In this document: positions 18,488-27,933 of the stretch, one piece after another | How the letters are laid out: every line of letters starts with the position of its first letter | Numbering within the stretch: the stretch's first letter is position 1 | NCBI GenBank assembly: GCA_036005825.1 | Contig: DASYQG010000691.1 | Location: 1 to 49,677, forward strand | DNA: 49,677 bases | DNA from: Chitinophagaceae bacterium | Lineage (GTDB): Bacteria; Bacteroidota; Bacteroidia; Chitinophagales; Chitinophagaceae | Direction of reading: 5' to 3' | Translations under genes and position numbers: made by a program | The notes under the pieces: model-generated | The model's input: the letters and a program-made list of their open reading frames with translations, nothing else | Told to the model about the DNA's origin: nothing | Database searches by the model: none

Positions 18488-20878
18488 TTATTCTCGCATC
18501 ATTTTTTTGATGGCGGTTTCAATCTCTTCAGCATTGGGTTTGCTGAAATAGTCGCCGTCGCTACCGTAAGACGGTCTGTGCTCCTTGCCTGTTAATGTTC
18601 TTGGCGCTACGTCAAGATAACGATAGCCCCCTTGTTCTTCCATTACCTTATTAAACATGAATGCTGCAGCTCCGCCAGGAACATCTTCATCGATAAATAT
18701 GATGCGGTTCGTCTTTTTTAAAGACTCAAGGATCCTATGATTGATATCAAAAGGCAGCAATGTTTGCACGTCAATTATTTCACAACTAATTCCCTGCGTT
18801 TCTAATACGTCAGCAGTTTCCTGTATGATTCGCAATACTGAACCATAAGAAACAACTGTTACCTCAGAACCTTGTTTTATCACTTCAGGAACACCAAGTG
18901 GAACAGTAAATTCAAGAAGATTGGAGATCAATTTTTCTTTTAAGCGATAACCATTCAGGCATTCGATAATAATTCCTGGATCATTACTTTTCAATAAAGT
19001 ATTGTACATCCCAACAGCCTGTGTCATATTCCTTGGCACACAAACATACATCCCTCTTAAAGAGTTTATGGCCATTCCCAATGGAGAACCGCTGTGCCAA
19101 ATACCTTCCAATCTATGACCACGGGTCCTTACTATCAGCGGACAGCTTTGTTTTCCTTTTGTGCGGAAATGTAATGTTGCTGCATCATCACTTAATGGCT
19201 CAAGGCCATATAATAAGTAATCGAGGTATTGAATTTCTGCAATAGGTTTTAAGCCACGCATTGCAATGCCAATACCCTGTCCCATTATTGTAAGTTCACG
19301 AATACCACAATCAAAAATTCTTGCTTCACCATATTTTGCCTGCAACCCACTGAAACCCTGGTTCACGTCACCGATCTTACCAACATCTTCTCCAAAAGCA
19401 ACAACAAGCGGGTTGCTTGCAAACAAAGTATCAAAATATCTATTCAATATTTCAAAACCATTTATCATTGGCGCATCAGCTGCGATCACAGCCTTTGTTT
19501 CAACAACTTTTAATGCACTTTTTTCACCAACATTATATAAATGAGAATTATAAAGACGTTCATTTTCTTTTAAAAGATCATTGTAATAATCTTTTGCCCA
19601 AAACGCGGCATCATTATCTCCTGCAGCATTTAGCATCGAATACAATGACCTCATTACATCACGACGCATTGGATCACGATTAGCAGTAAGCTCTTTGCTA
19701 ATTTGGGCAATAGTTTGAGCTTTATTAGGAATATTAGCCGCCAAGGATGTCGCCAATTCTTCGATCTTTTTTACTTGTTCTTTTATCGGCGACTGGTATT
19801 TCTCCCATGCTTTTGATCTTTCATCTTTCACATGGTTCTTGGCTTTTGATGCAAGTCTATTTATTTCTTCATCACTTGCTAACGAAGAATCAATGATCCA
19901 TTGACGCATTTTTTTAAGGCAATCATGTTCTCTTTCCCATTCAAGGCGTTCAGGTGTTTTATATCGTTCATGACTGCCAGAAGTTGAATGACCTTGTGGT
20001 TGTGTTAGTTCTTCAACATGAAATAATGCCGGAGTATGTGTTTCTCTTGCAAGGCGAATTCCTTCTTCAAATGCTTCGCACATGCCTGCATAATCCCAAC
20101 CTCTTATTTTATAGATATGAAATCCGTTTGAATCGTCTTTTTTCTGAAAGCCACTTAATGCTTCGGAGATAGATGCTTTTGTTGTTTGCAGTTTTTTTGG
20201 AACAGAGATCCCATACCCATCATCCCAAACAAACAAAGCCATTGGCACTTGCATTACACCCGCCGCATTTACCGTTTCCCAAAAATGCCCTTCGGATGTT
20301 GCAGCGTCACCAATTGTTACAAAACAAACTTCATTGCCATTATCTGAAAGATGATCAAATTGCTTTAATTCTCTTATCCCCCGAAAACATTTTGACGCTA
20401 AAGCAACACCCAGGCCTCTTGGCATTTGACCGGCGGTTGGAGCAAGATCTGCAATCGTATTTTTCCGATTGACAAGGTCGAGCCAATTGCCATTTTCATC
20501 GGTTAATGAAGTACAGAAGTGAGAGACCATTTGCCTGCCTGCACTATTCGGATCATTTTTTTCATCGGGATCGGCATACAATTGGGCAAAAAATTGTTCA
20601 ACAGTGGCTTGGCCAATAGCGAATTGAAAAGTTTGATCCCGATAATAGCCACTGCGAAAATCACCCTCTTTGAAAAACTTTGCCATTGCAACCTGTGCCA
20701 CTTCCTTGCCATCGCCAAAAATTCCAAATTTGGCTTTACCGGTCAAAACCTCCTTGCGGCCTAAAAGACTAGCCTCACGGCTTAAGCAAGCGACGTAAAA
20801 ATCGTTTAATACCTCGTTGCGGAAACTTTCGAAAGAAAGTTTATCAGCGGCAAGCATGGAAGGATGAGGGGTATCCAT
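18488..20878 (-). CDS. fused alpha/beta E1 component of a 2-oxoacid dehydrogenase (TPP-dependent)
   Basis: The alpha part has GDAATSEG and a TPP-binding region. The beta part has FGEDVG..G, GIRELTIMGQGIGIA and a C-terminal transketolase-like domain. I chose the start at MDTPHPSML (20878). The ORF extension to 20944 reads as non-coding. Confidence 0.85.
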   Translation of the reverse strand: MDTPHPSMLAADKLSFESFRNEVLNDFYVACLSREASLLGRKEVLTGKAKFGIFGDGKEVAQVAMAKFFKEGDFRSGYYRDQTFQFAIGQATVEQFFAQLYADPDEKNDPNSAGRQMVSHFCTSLTDENGNWLDLVNRKNTIADLAPTAGQMPRGLGVALASKCFRGIRELKQFDHLSDNGNEVCFVTIGDAATSEGHFWETVNAAGVMQVPMALFVWDDGYGISVPKKLQTTKASISEALSGFQKKDDSNGFHIYKIRGWDYAGMCEAFEEGIRLARETHTPALFHVEELTQPQGHSTSGSHERYKTPERLEWEREHDCLKKMRQWIIDSSLASDEEINRLASKAKNHVKDERSKAWEKYQSPIKEQVKKIEELATSLAANIPNKAQTIAQISKELTANRDPMRRDVMRSLYSMLNAAGDNDAAFWAKDYYNDLLKENERLYNSHLYNVGEKSALKVVETKAVIAADAPMINGFEILNRYFDTLFASNPLVVAFGEDVGKIGDVNQGFSGLQAKYGEARIFDCGIRELTIMGQGIGIAMRGLKPIAEIQYLDYLLYGLEPLSDDAATLHFRTKGKQSCPLIVRTRGHRLEGIWHSGSPLGMAINSLRGMYVCVPRNMTQAVGMYNTLLKSNDPGIIIECLNGYRLKEKLISNLLEFTVPLGVPEVIKQGSEVTVVSYGSVLRIIQETADVLETQGISCEIIDVQTLLPFDINHRILESLKKTNRIIFIDEDVPGGAAAFMFNKVMEEQGGYRYLDVAPRTLTGKEHRPSYGSDGDYFSKPNAEEIETAIKKMMRE

Positions 20879-20999
20879 GCGACAAAGATATAGGAAAGGG
20901 TATCCGCTTTTTGGGGTGTTAAAAAATACTGAATTTCTGTGCATTTAGCCTATGGTATTTGAAGTTGATGTCTTAAATTTGAAGTCTGAATAAAATAAA

Positions 21000-21437
21000 A
21001 TGAAAAAACTCTTTACTCTTTTTTCTGCAATTGCAATTGCAGTTGTATTAAATGCCCAGACAATAGCTTCACAAGAAGTGCTTTCAGTAAAAGAAACTGA
21101 ATTTAATTTTGGAACCATTCCACAAGGCAAACCTGTTTATCATTTCTTTGAAATTACTAACACGGGAAAAGATCCAATGGTAATTTCAAATGTGCAAACA
21201 AGCTGCGGATGCACAACACCAGAATGGAGTAAAGAACCAATTGCACCGGGTGGTACTGCAAAAGTCAGGGTAGGTTATAATGCAGCTGCTGAAGGTCATT
21301 TTGAGAAATCTATTACGATCCAATACAACCAAAATCTGTCAAAACAAGTCAAGATAACTGGAACTGTTTGGAAAGCTCCTGCAGGTTCAGCACCAGAAAA
21401 CTCATCAATCAGCTTATTAAAACAAAAAAACAATTAA
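21000..21437 (+). CDS. DUF1573 domain-containing secreted protein
   Basis: Signal peptide plus FNFGTIPQGKPVYHFFEITNTGKDPMVISNVQTSCGCTTPEWSKEPIAPG, the hallmark DUF1573 pattern. Confidence 0.85.
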   Translation: MKKLFTLFSAIAIAVVLNAQTIASQEVLSVKETEFNFGTIPQGKPVYHFFEITNTGKDPMVISNVQTSCGCTTPEWSKEPIAPGGTAKVRVGYNAAAEGHFEKSITIQYNQNLSKQVKITGTVWKAPAGSAPENSSISLLKQKNN

Positions 21438-21441
21438 GATC

Positions 21442-21936
21442 ATGAAGAAATTATTTTTTTTCGCCGCCGCATTTATAGTAACTGCCGGTGCAATGGCGCA
21501 AACAACAAAGCCGGATGATTTTGCCAAATTCAATACTGACAAATATGATTTTGGTAAAATAAAGCAAAATGTTCCTGCTATTTATACTTTTGAGTTCACC
21601 AACAAATCTGATAAGCCGTTAGTGATCGAAAATGCACATGCTACATGTGGTTGCACTGTTCCGGAATATCAAAAGGAGCCGATTGCGCCTGGTAAAACAG
21701 CAAAGATCAAAGTACAATACAATGCAGCTAACGGTGGACATTTTGATAAGACGGTTTTTGTAAAACTCGCAGGCGTTGATGAAGAAAAAGCTCTTGGCAT
21801 TACAGGTGAAGTATTACCAGCAGAAGCATTTGATACATGGACAAAAGAGGAAGCAGCAAAAGCAGATGCAGCCAAAGCAGCCGCAGAAAAAACTACAAAG
21901 TCAAAATCTAAAGGGAAAAATAAATCAGGCAAATAA
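21442..21936 (+). CDS. DUF1573 domain-containing secreted protein with Lys/Ala-rich tail
   Basis: YDFGKIKQNVPAIYTFEFTNKSDKPLVIENAHATCGCTVPEYQKEPIAPG. C-terminal low-complexity tail AKADAAKAAAEKTTKSKSKGKNKSGK. It is a tandem paralog of 21000..21437. Confidence 0.85.
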   Translation: MKKLFFFAAAFIVTAGAMAQTTKPDDFAKFNTDKYDFGKIKQNVPAIYTFEFTNKSDKPLVIENAHATCGCTVPEYQKEPIAPGKTAKIKVQYNAANGGHFDKTVFVKLAGVDEEKALGITGEVLPAEAFDTWTKEEAAKADAAKAAAEKTTKSKSKGKNKSGK

Positions 21937-21960
21937 TAAAATGCCTATAATATTCTTTGA

Positions 21961-21990
21961 ATCCCCGTCAATCGACGGGGATTTTTTTTT
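21961..21990 (+). terminator. rho-independent terminator after the DUF1573 pair
   Basis: Stem atccccgtc (21961-21969), loop aatc, stem gacggggat (21974-21982), followed by a T-run to 21990. Confidence 0.8.
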
Positions 21991-22030
21991 AATAGAAGTT
22001 TACTTAGGTAATGATAATTACCTTTGAGCC

Positions 22031-23257
22031 ATGCTAAACATTTCAAACCGCGGACAGCATATGCCGGCTTCACCAATTCGGAAGCTGGTGCCTTATGCCG
22101 AAGCTGCAAAGAAAAAAGGAATTAAAGTTTATCATCTTAATATCGGCCAGCCGGATATAGAAACTCCGCCAGCCATACTTGATGCTGTTCGCAATGCAGA
22201 TATTAAAGTTTTAGAATATAGCCACAGCGCAGGTAATGAAAGTTACCGCAGAAAACTTGTGCAGTATTATAAAAAAGTAGGCATTGATGTTACCCACGAG
22301 CAAATTATTATTACTACCGGTGGCAGTGAAGCGATCATGTTTGGTTTTTTTTGTTGCCTGAATGCAGGCGATGAAGTGGTTATTCCTGAACCATTTTATG
22401 CGAACTATAATGGCTTTGCCTGTGCGGCTGGTGTAAATGTTGTCCCGATCACTTCAAATATTGAAACTGGTTTTGCCCTGCCTCCTATTGAAGATTTCGA
22501 AAAAGTAATTACACCAAAGACAAAAGCGATCATTATTTGCAGTCCAAACAACCCAACCGGTTATTTATACAGTCGTCCTGAAATGGAAGCGCTAAAAAAA
22601 ATATGTATCAAGTATGATCTTTACTTATTCAGCGATGAAGCTTATCGTGAATTTTGTTATGATGGAGAATATGTAAGTGCCATGCATCTTTCAGGATTGG
22701 ATCAGCATGTAGTGCTGATGGATACTATTTCAAAAAGATATAGTGCATGCGGCGCAAGACTTGGGGCTTTCGTTACTAAGAACAAAGAAGTTTATAATAC
22801 TGCAATGAAATTTGCACAGGCAAGACTTTCCCCTCCCGGGCTTGCACAAATAATGGGTGAAGCGGCTGTTGATCTTCCCGATTCTTACTTTGATGCACCA
22901 AAAGCAGAATATTTATCAAGAAGGAATTTAATGGTAAGCAGGTTAAATAAAATGCCCGGTGTCTTTTGTCCAAATCCCGGCGGTGCATTTTATGCCATAG
23001 CTAAATTACCGATTGATGATTCAGATAAATTTTGCCAATGGCTGCTGGAAAGTTTTTCTTATAAAGATCAAACAGTGATGCTGGCACCAGCAACAGGATT
23101 TTATGGTACAGAAGGTCTGGGGAAAAATGAAGTAAGACTCGCTTATGTATTAAATCTTGATGCCCTTAATGCTGCAATGGATTGTTTGGAAAAAGCATTA
23201 GAAGAATATCCGGGAAAAACAATAGCAAAAAAATTAAGTACAGCAGAAGCAAAATAA
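22031..23257 (+). CDS. pyridoxal phosphate-dependent aminotransferase (class I, aspartate aminotransferase-like)
   Basis: MPASPIRKL..., NIGQPD, SPNNPTG, and SKRYSACGARLG (the PLP lysine context) are typical of class I aminotransferases. Confidence 0.9.
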   Translation: MLNISNRGQHMPASPIRKLVPYAEAAKKKGIKVYHLNIGQPDIETPPAILDAVRNADIKVLEYSHSAGNESYRRKLVQYYKKVGIDVTHEQIIITTGGSEAIMFGFFCCLNAGDEVVIPEPFYANYNGFACAAGVNVVPITSNIETGFALPPIEDFEKVITPKTKAIIICSPNNPTGYLYSRPEMEALKKICIKYDLYLFSDEAYREFCYDGEYVSAMHLSGLDQHVVLMDTISKRYSACGARLGAFVTKNKEVYNTAMKFAQARLSPPGLAQIMGEAAVDLPDSYFDAPKAEYLSRRNLMVSRLNKMPGVFCPNPGGAFYAIAKLPIDDSDKFCQWLLESFSYKDQTVMLAPATGFYGTEGLGKNEVRLAYVLNLDALNAAMDCLEKALEEYPGKTIAKKLSTAEAK

Positions 23258-25903
23258 CTATTGTACAAATAATTTCAACACGACATCTTTTTGATCTTTC
23301 CTGGTTATCCGCAACAGGTTTATTCCTTTGCTTAATCTTCCGGCAGGTAATTGATTACTGATATCATTTAAATTCATTTCATAAATTTTCTGCCCCTGCA
23401 TGTTGATCACCTGCAACGTTGCCGGCTCAAACTGGTTATCAGAAAGAATCGTTATGAGAGAATATTGAGATGCAGGATTTGGATACACTATAAACTCTGC
23501 ACCATTGAAGTAATAAACTGTTTCAACGGAAGAATAAATAACTCTGCCGCCTGCCAACTCAAGTTTAACCCGGTAAACATTTAAACCTTTCTTTAATGAT
23601 GCATCAATAAAATTCGCTGATAAAGAAGTAGGATTTACAATTTGTTGCAGCGTTACATACTCAGTGCCATTAAATTTTTCCAGAACAATCTTATTGATGT
23701 TATATAATGTGCCAAGTGAAATAGTGAGTTGCGCAGAATTCCCAACAAGCAAAGCAAGAAAAGAACGGAAATAACATTCAACCCCTTGCGTAATATAATT
23801 AAAAGTATAACTCTTCACTCCTTCTTTGCTTCCAATAATTGGCGCCACTGCATAATGCAATGAAGGATTTACAGCTTTTGAAAGTAGCATGAAACTATCT
23901 GTTGTTACAGCTATTGGTTCGAGATATTTACTTCCAAGTTTATAAACCCGGTAATTTGTAATACCGGGTAATTTATTCCAGTAAAATAAAAATGAGTCCG
24001 GGCAGTTGAAACCAACACCAGTAACAGTTCTGTTTGCAATGGTAAATGTATCGCTTGTAAAAACATTTGAGCCAATAGTCATGCGAAGTAAACCAATGCT
24101 TGTTACAGAAGGAACAGTCCAATTGTAATGGCCAGTATTCAGATCAACAGAATTCTGGATCGGTTGCCAGCTATTTCCACCTGTACTAAATTCAAGAATT
24201 CCATTTGCATTTGCAAAAGATGATTTCCACCTGATCGTATTGTTTGCCGATGGAAAAATAAAATCATTAGTTGTTGGAAATTGCCATTCAAATTTATCTA
24301 CTGAATCCAATTGCCATGCTATATGAAAATTTTGCGAAGCTGAAGTAACATTAAAACCAGTTACTTTAAGTTGATAACTACCGGCAGCAGGGTTATCAAT
24401 TGTTATTTGTTCGATATTATTCAGCGTATCTCTTTTTCTTTTTGCTAGCTGTACTAAAGAATCAATATGCGGAAAAGAGTTTAAAACCCAGGGCTGCCAT
24501 GTTTGACCAGATGAAATTTCTTTCAACTCAAGATCAAGGTCATTTATCAATGCTTTTGTTGCATTGGGAGCGGCTGGCGGGTCATTCCAAATCAATGTTG
24601 CTTTTAATTTTTTTACTCCAGCCGGTACAGAAATAGTAAATGATTGACTTGATGAATTAGAAACACTGCCAGCAAAAAATCTATTTGCCTGTAAAGTTTT
24701 CAGTGCATTATTAGCATTCAAACTTCCAAATCCATTTTTATAATCAATCTCAGCATTGCCAACATCGTCGGCGCTATTGATAAGAATTGCTTTTATCAAT
24801 GAATTTGGCGGCAAACTTCCGTTTACCTGTTTATATAAATGTTGAAGCAGTAGTGATGTTCCTGACACCAATGCTGCAGCACCTGAACTTCCATCTTCGC
24901 CAAAAGCAACTAATTCAGGTTTTACTCTTCCATCATGTGCTGGGCCTTTTGAACTTAATGCAGCCACGATGGAAAAAGAATCTGTTGCTCCAACTGTAAG
25001 AATATTTTTAGCCATCTTAAAACTGCCCGTAAGATTTGCAAAACCATTTATTCCGGTGTAAATGCCTGTACTTGCAGAAGAAGTTCCCGAATTACCGGAA
25101 GAAAAAATATGTAGCAATGATCCATTCGTGATCGCACTTGCATCATAAGCAGCTGCATCTGCTCCATAATAGCTTTCAACACCTACTCCATAAGAATGAT
25201 TTTGAACAGAAATATTGTATTGCTGGTAAGCACTATTTGCATCTGGCAATAAAACAGCAAAGCTCGATGAGCTAATAGTGCTTCCCCATGCAGCGCCTTT
25301 TCCCAAATGCCAGCTATTGGCTCCGCCTGCGATCATTGTTGACATAATAGAAGCATGAGAGCTAACAGTGTTTGATGAAAGATTGGTTGAAAGAAATCTT
25401 CCTTTGAAATCAATGTCTGTAGTATCGGGTTTATTTTCTTTTACAGATACTGTTATTCCATCACCATTTACCAACGGAAAATTCCTATGAGCAAGATTTA
25501 TTTTATTTACTGACAGATCAAGATTGCCAACCTGTATTTCCTCTTTAGGGATCCTGTTTCCTTTTTCAATAAAAATTATTCCAGGTAATGGCAAAAGATC
25601 AGAGTTTATTTCTTCTGCAGTTGCAACTAACCTATAAACTGAAAACGCCGAAGACTCAAATATTTTTTGAGTTTGATAAACAGATTTCCAATTCTCGTTG
25701 GGTACTTTATCATTTCTGATCGCAACCTCAAGTAAAAGCTTGCCTGTAATTTTGGTATCCCTTATTTCCCTTGATAAACCCGGGGAAAGTTTTGGGTTAT
25801 CAATTAATTGGGCAAAAGAACAATGCGTAATGAATACACTAGCTAAACCGATCACAAACCTCACAATATAAACATACATTTTCCGCCAACAGATAGTTTT
25901 CAT
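23258..25903 (-). CDS. S8-family (subtilisin-like) serine peptidase with T9SS C-terminal sorting domain
   Basis: His block SHASIMSTMIAG, oxyanion block VQNHSYG, Ser block DGSSGAAALVSG. C-terminus VYPNPASQYSLITIL...GINLLRITRKDQKDVVLKLFV. An alternative start is at 25879. Confidence 0.8.
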   Translation of the reverse strand: MKTICWRKMYVYIVRFVIGLASVFITHCSFAQLIDNPKLSPGLSREIRDTKITGKLLLEVAIRNDKVPNENWKSVYQTQKIFESSAFSVYRLVATAEEINSDLLPLPGIIFIEKGNRIPKEEIQVGNLDLSVNKINLAHRNFPLVNGDGITVSVKENKPDTTDIDFKGRFLSTNLSSNTVSSHASIMSTMIAGGANSWHLGKGAAWGSTISSSSFAVLLPDANSAYQQYNISVQNHSYGVGVESYYGADAAAYDASAITNGSLLHIFSSGNSGTSSASTGIYTGINGFANLTGSFKMAKNILTVGATDSFSIVAALSSKGPAHDGRVKPELVAFGEDGSSGAAALVSGTSLLLQHLYKQVNGSLPPNSLIKAILINSADDVGNAEIDYKNGFGSLNANNALKTLQANRFFAGSVSNSSSQSFTISVPAGVKKLKATLIWNDPPAAPNATKALINDLDLELKEISSGQTWQPWVLNSFPHIDSLVQLAKRKRDTLNNIEQITIDNPAAGSYQLKVTGFNVTSASQNFHIAWQLDSVDKFEWQFPTTNDFIFPSANNTIRWKSSFANANGILEFSTGGNSWQPIQNSVDLNTGHYNWTVPSVTSIGLLRMTIGSNVFTSDTFTIANRTVTGVGFNCPDSFLFYWNKLPGITNYRVYKLGSKYLEPIAVTTDSFMLLSKAVNPSLHYAVAPIIGSKEGVKSYTFNYITQGVECYFRSFLALLVGNSAQLTISLGTLYNINKIVLEKFNGTEYVTLQQIVNPTSLSANFIDASLKKGLNVYRVKLELAGGRVIYSSVETVYYFNGAEFIVYPNPASQYSLITILSDNQFEPATLQVINMQGQKIYEMNLNDISNQLPAGRLSKGINLLRITRKDQKDVVLKLFVQ

Positions 25904-26097
25904 TCCTTAAAAATATTGATTTCCTGATATTCGTTACAACCGGCGTTTAGCCTTCGTAAAAATCCCCATACTTATTTAAAAAAAGTGACAAAACATTTGT
26001 TAGTATTTAAAAAAAACATTTACCTTTTCAAACTGAAAATACCCCACCTGTATTTTTAATTAATCACCTTATTTAATAACACTAAAACAGACCCCAC

Positions 26098-26889
26098 ATG
26101 AGACAAATGTTGAAACCATTAGCCTTTCTGCTTATTGCCGGTTTTGCAATTACATCTTGCAAAAAGGAAGCGAAACAAACCGCACAAGATGAGATTTCGC
26201 AAGAAACACTAACCAAAATCAGTTCCCATGGTTTTGGAACATCCGAAGTTCAGAGAGTTGATGAGGGATATCTTGTAGAAGGAGATATTATTCTTACAGA
26301 AGACTTCCTGAATTCAACTCCAGGTGGAAATTTTCTTCGCATTGCGGAAAATGAACAGTACCGCACTACACTACTCGTTACAGGATTGCCAAGAAATATT
26401 ACAATTAGCAGCAGCGGCGCTGTAAGTGCTAACCTTTCTGCAGCAATTGATGCAGCTATTGCACGGTATAATGCAGAAAATTTACGGATAACAATGACGA
26501 GAGTTGCATCTGGTGGCGATATTGTCATTAGACTTATTAACGGTGGCAACTATATCGCTTCGTCAGGATTTCCGACCAGCACTGGCGCTCCATATGGTAC
26601 GGTAAAATACAATAAAATGTACCAGAATTACAGTCTCGGATTTATGACAACTGTTATTGCACATGAAGTCGGTCATTGCATCGGTTTCCGACATACGGAT
26701 TATATGGATAGAAGTTATAGCTGCGGAGGATCGCCAACCAATGAAGGAGCTTCAAATGTAGGCGCAATCCTTATTCCGGGTACACCATCCGGCCCTGATG
26801 CTAAGTCATGGATGTTATCATGCTTAAGTGCAACCACAGACCGTCCATTTAATAACAACGATAAAACAGCTTTGAATTATTTATATTAA
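26098..26889 (+). CDS. M57-family (HEIGH-type) zinc metallopeptidase lipoprotein
   Basis: Lipobox LLIAGFAITSC. Zinc motif HEVGHCIGFRHTD (HExxHxxGxxH). Confidence 0.75.
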   Translation: MRQMLKPLAFLLIAGFAITSCKKEAKQTAQDEISQETLTKISSHGFGTSEVQRVDEGYLVEGDIILTEDFLNSTPGGNFLRIAENEQYRTTLLVTGLPRNITISSSGAVSANLSAAIDAAIARYNAENLRITMTRVASGGDIVIRLINGGNYIASSGFPTSTGAPYGTVKYNKMYQNYSLGFMTTVIAHEVGHCIGFRHTDYMDRSYSCGGSPTNEGASNVGAILIPGTPSGPDAKSWMLSCLSATTDRPFNNNDKTALNYLY

Positions 26890-26909
26890 TAAAATTCTTG
26901 TTACTGTTA

Positions 26910-26940
26910 AAAACCGTCTGGTCTAAGACCAGACGGTTTT
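26910..26940. terminator. bidirectional hairpin between convergent genes
   Basis: Stem aaaaccgtctggtc (26910-26923), loop taa, stem gaccagacggtttt (26927-26940). The A/T runs are part of the stem on both strands. It overlaps the stop of the 26939..27886 gene. Confidence 0.75.
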
Positions 26941-27886
26941 ATTTTTCTAGAAGATAACAAACACGATTTATTCTTGCTTCAAAATCAAATGGAGTTGTTT
27001 GCTTGGTAATATCCTTTATCAGTGTAGATTGGATTGATGCCTTGTCCAAAACAAATTTTTTATAGTTAGTGCTGAAATAAATTTTTCCCCTGGTTTTTAA
27101 AACCCGCAAACAATCATTGATAAGCTTCACATGATCACGTTGAATATCCAGAATGTCTTCCATTCTTTTACTGTTACTGAATGTTGGCGGATCGAGAATG
27201 ATGATATCAAAATAATTCTCCGGAACAGTATTCAAATATTGCAATACGTCAATTTGTATGAATTTATATTTTGACAGTTCACTAAATCTATTAAGCTCCA
27301 TATTTCTCTTTGCCCAATCCAAATAGGTTTTTGAAAGATCAACTGTCACTACTTCATTGGCCTCGCCTGCAGCTGCATAAACGGAAAAAGAACCAGTATA
27401 AGAAAATAAGTTCAATACTCTTTTATCCTTAGCGTCTCCCCTAACTTTTTCTCTTGTTACCCGATGATCTAAGAACAAACCTGTATCAAGATAATCGCTG
27501 AGGTTAACTATAAATTTTAAACCATTTTCTTCTACAACAAATTCTGATCTCTTTTCTGCAGTTTTTTGATATTGGCCAAGACGGCCAGGTTTTTTCTGAC
27601 GAAGCTTGAGAAAAATATTTTCTTCATTAACTTTTAAGACTTCACAGATAACAATCATACTCCGGCTTATCCATTCGTCGTGTTTGTCCTCACCCATTCC
27701 ATGGCGTCGTTTATATTCGGCCACATAGACATTCTGTCCATATATCTCAATGCAAAACGGGAATTCTGGCAGATCATGATCATAAAGCCGGTAACAGGTA
27801 ACGGCCATCCGTTTTGCCTGTTTACTAAGATGCCGGTAAACCTTCTCCAGCCTGTTCCGAAACATTATAAATTTATCTTCTGTCAT
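26939..27886 (-). CDS. class I SAM-dependent RNA methyltransferase, RlmK (RlmL C-terminal half)-like
   Basis: VLNLFSYTGSFSVYAAAGEANEVVTVDLSKTYLDWAKRNMELN and IILDPPTFSNSK closely follow the m7G2069 methyltransferase half of E. coli RlmKL, as I remember it. Confidence 0.75.
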   Translation of the reverse strand: MTEDKFIMFRNRLEKVYRHLSKQAKRMAVTCYRLYDHDLPEFPFCIEIYGQNVYVAEYKRRHGMGEDKHDEWISRSMIVICEVLKVNEENIFLKLRQKKPGRLGQYQKTAEKRSEFVVEENGLKFIVNLSDYLDTGLFLDHRVTREKVRGDAKDKRVLNLFSYTGSFSVYAAAGEANEVVTVDLSKTYLDWAKRNMELNRFSELSKYKFIQIDVLQYLNTVPENYFDIIILDPPTFSNSKRMEDILDIQRDHVKLINDCLRVLKTRGKIYFSTNYKKFVLDKASIQSTLIKDITKQTTPFDFEARINRVCYLLEK

Positions 27887-27933
27887 ACCAAATATTTTGC
27901 GAACTTAGTCTGCTTTTTTGTAACCTGATCATA

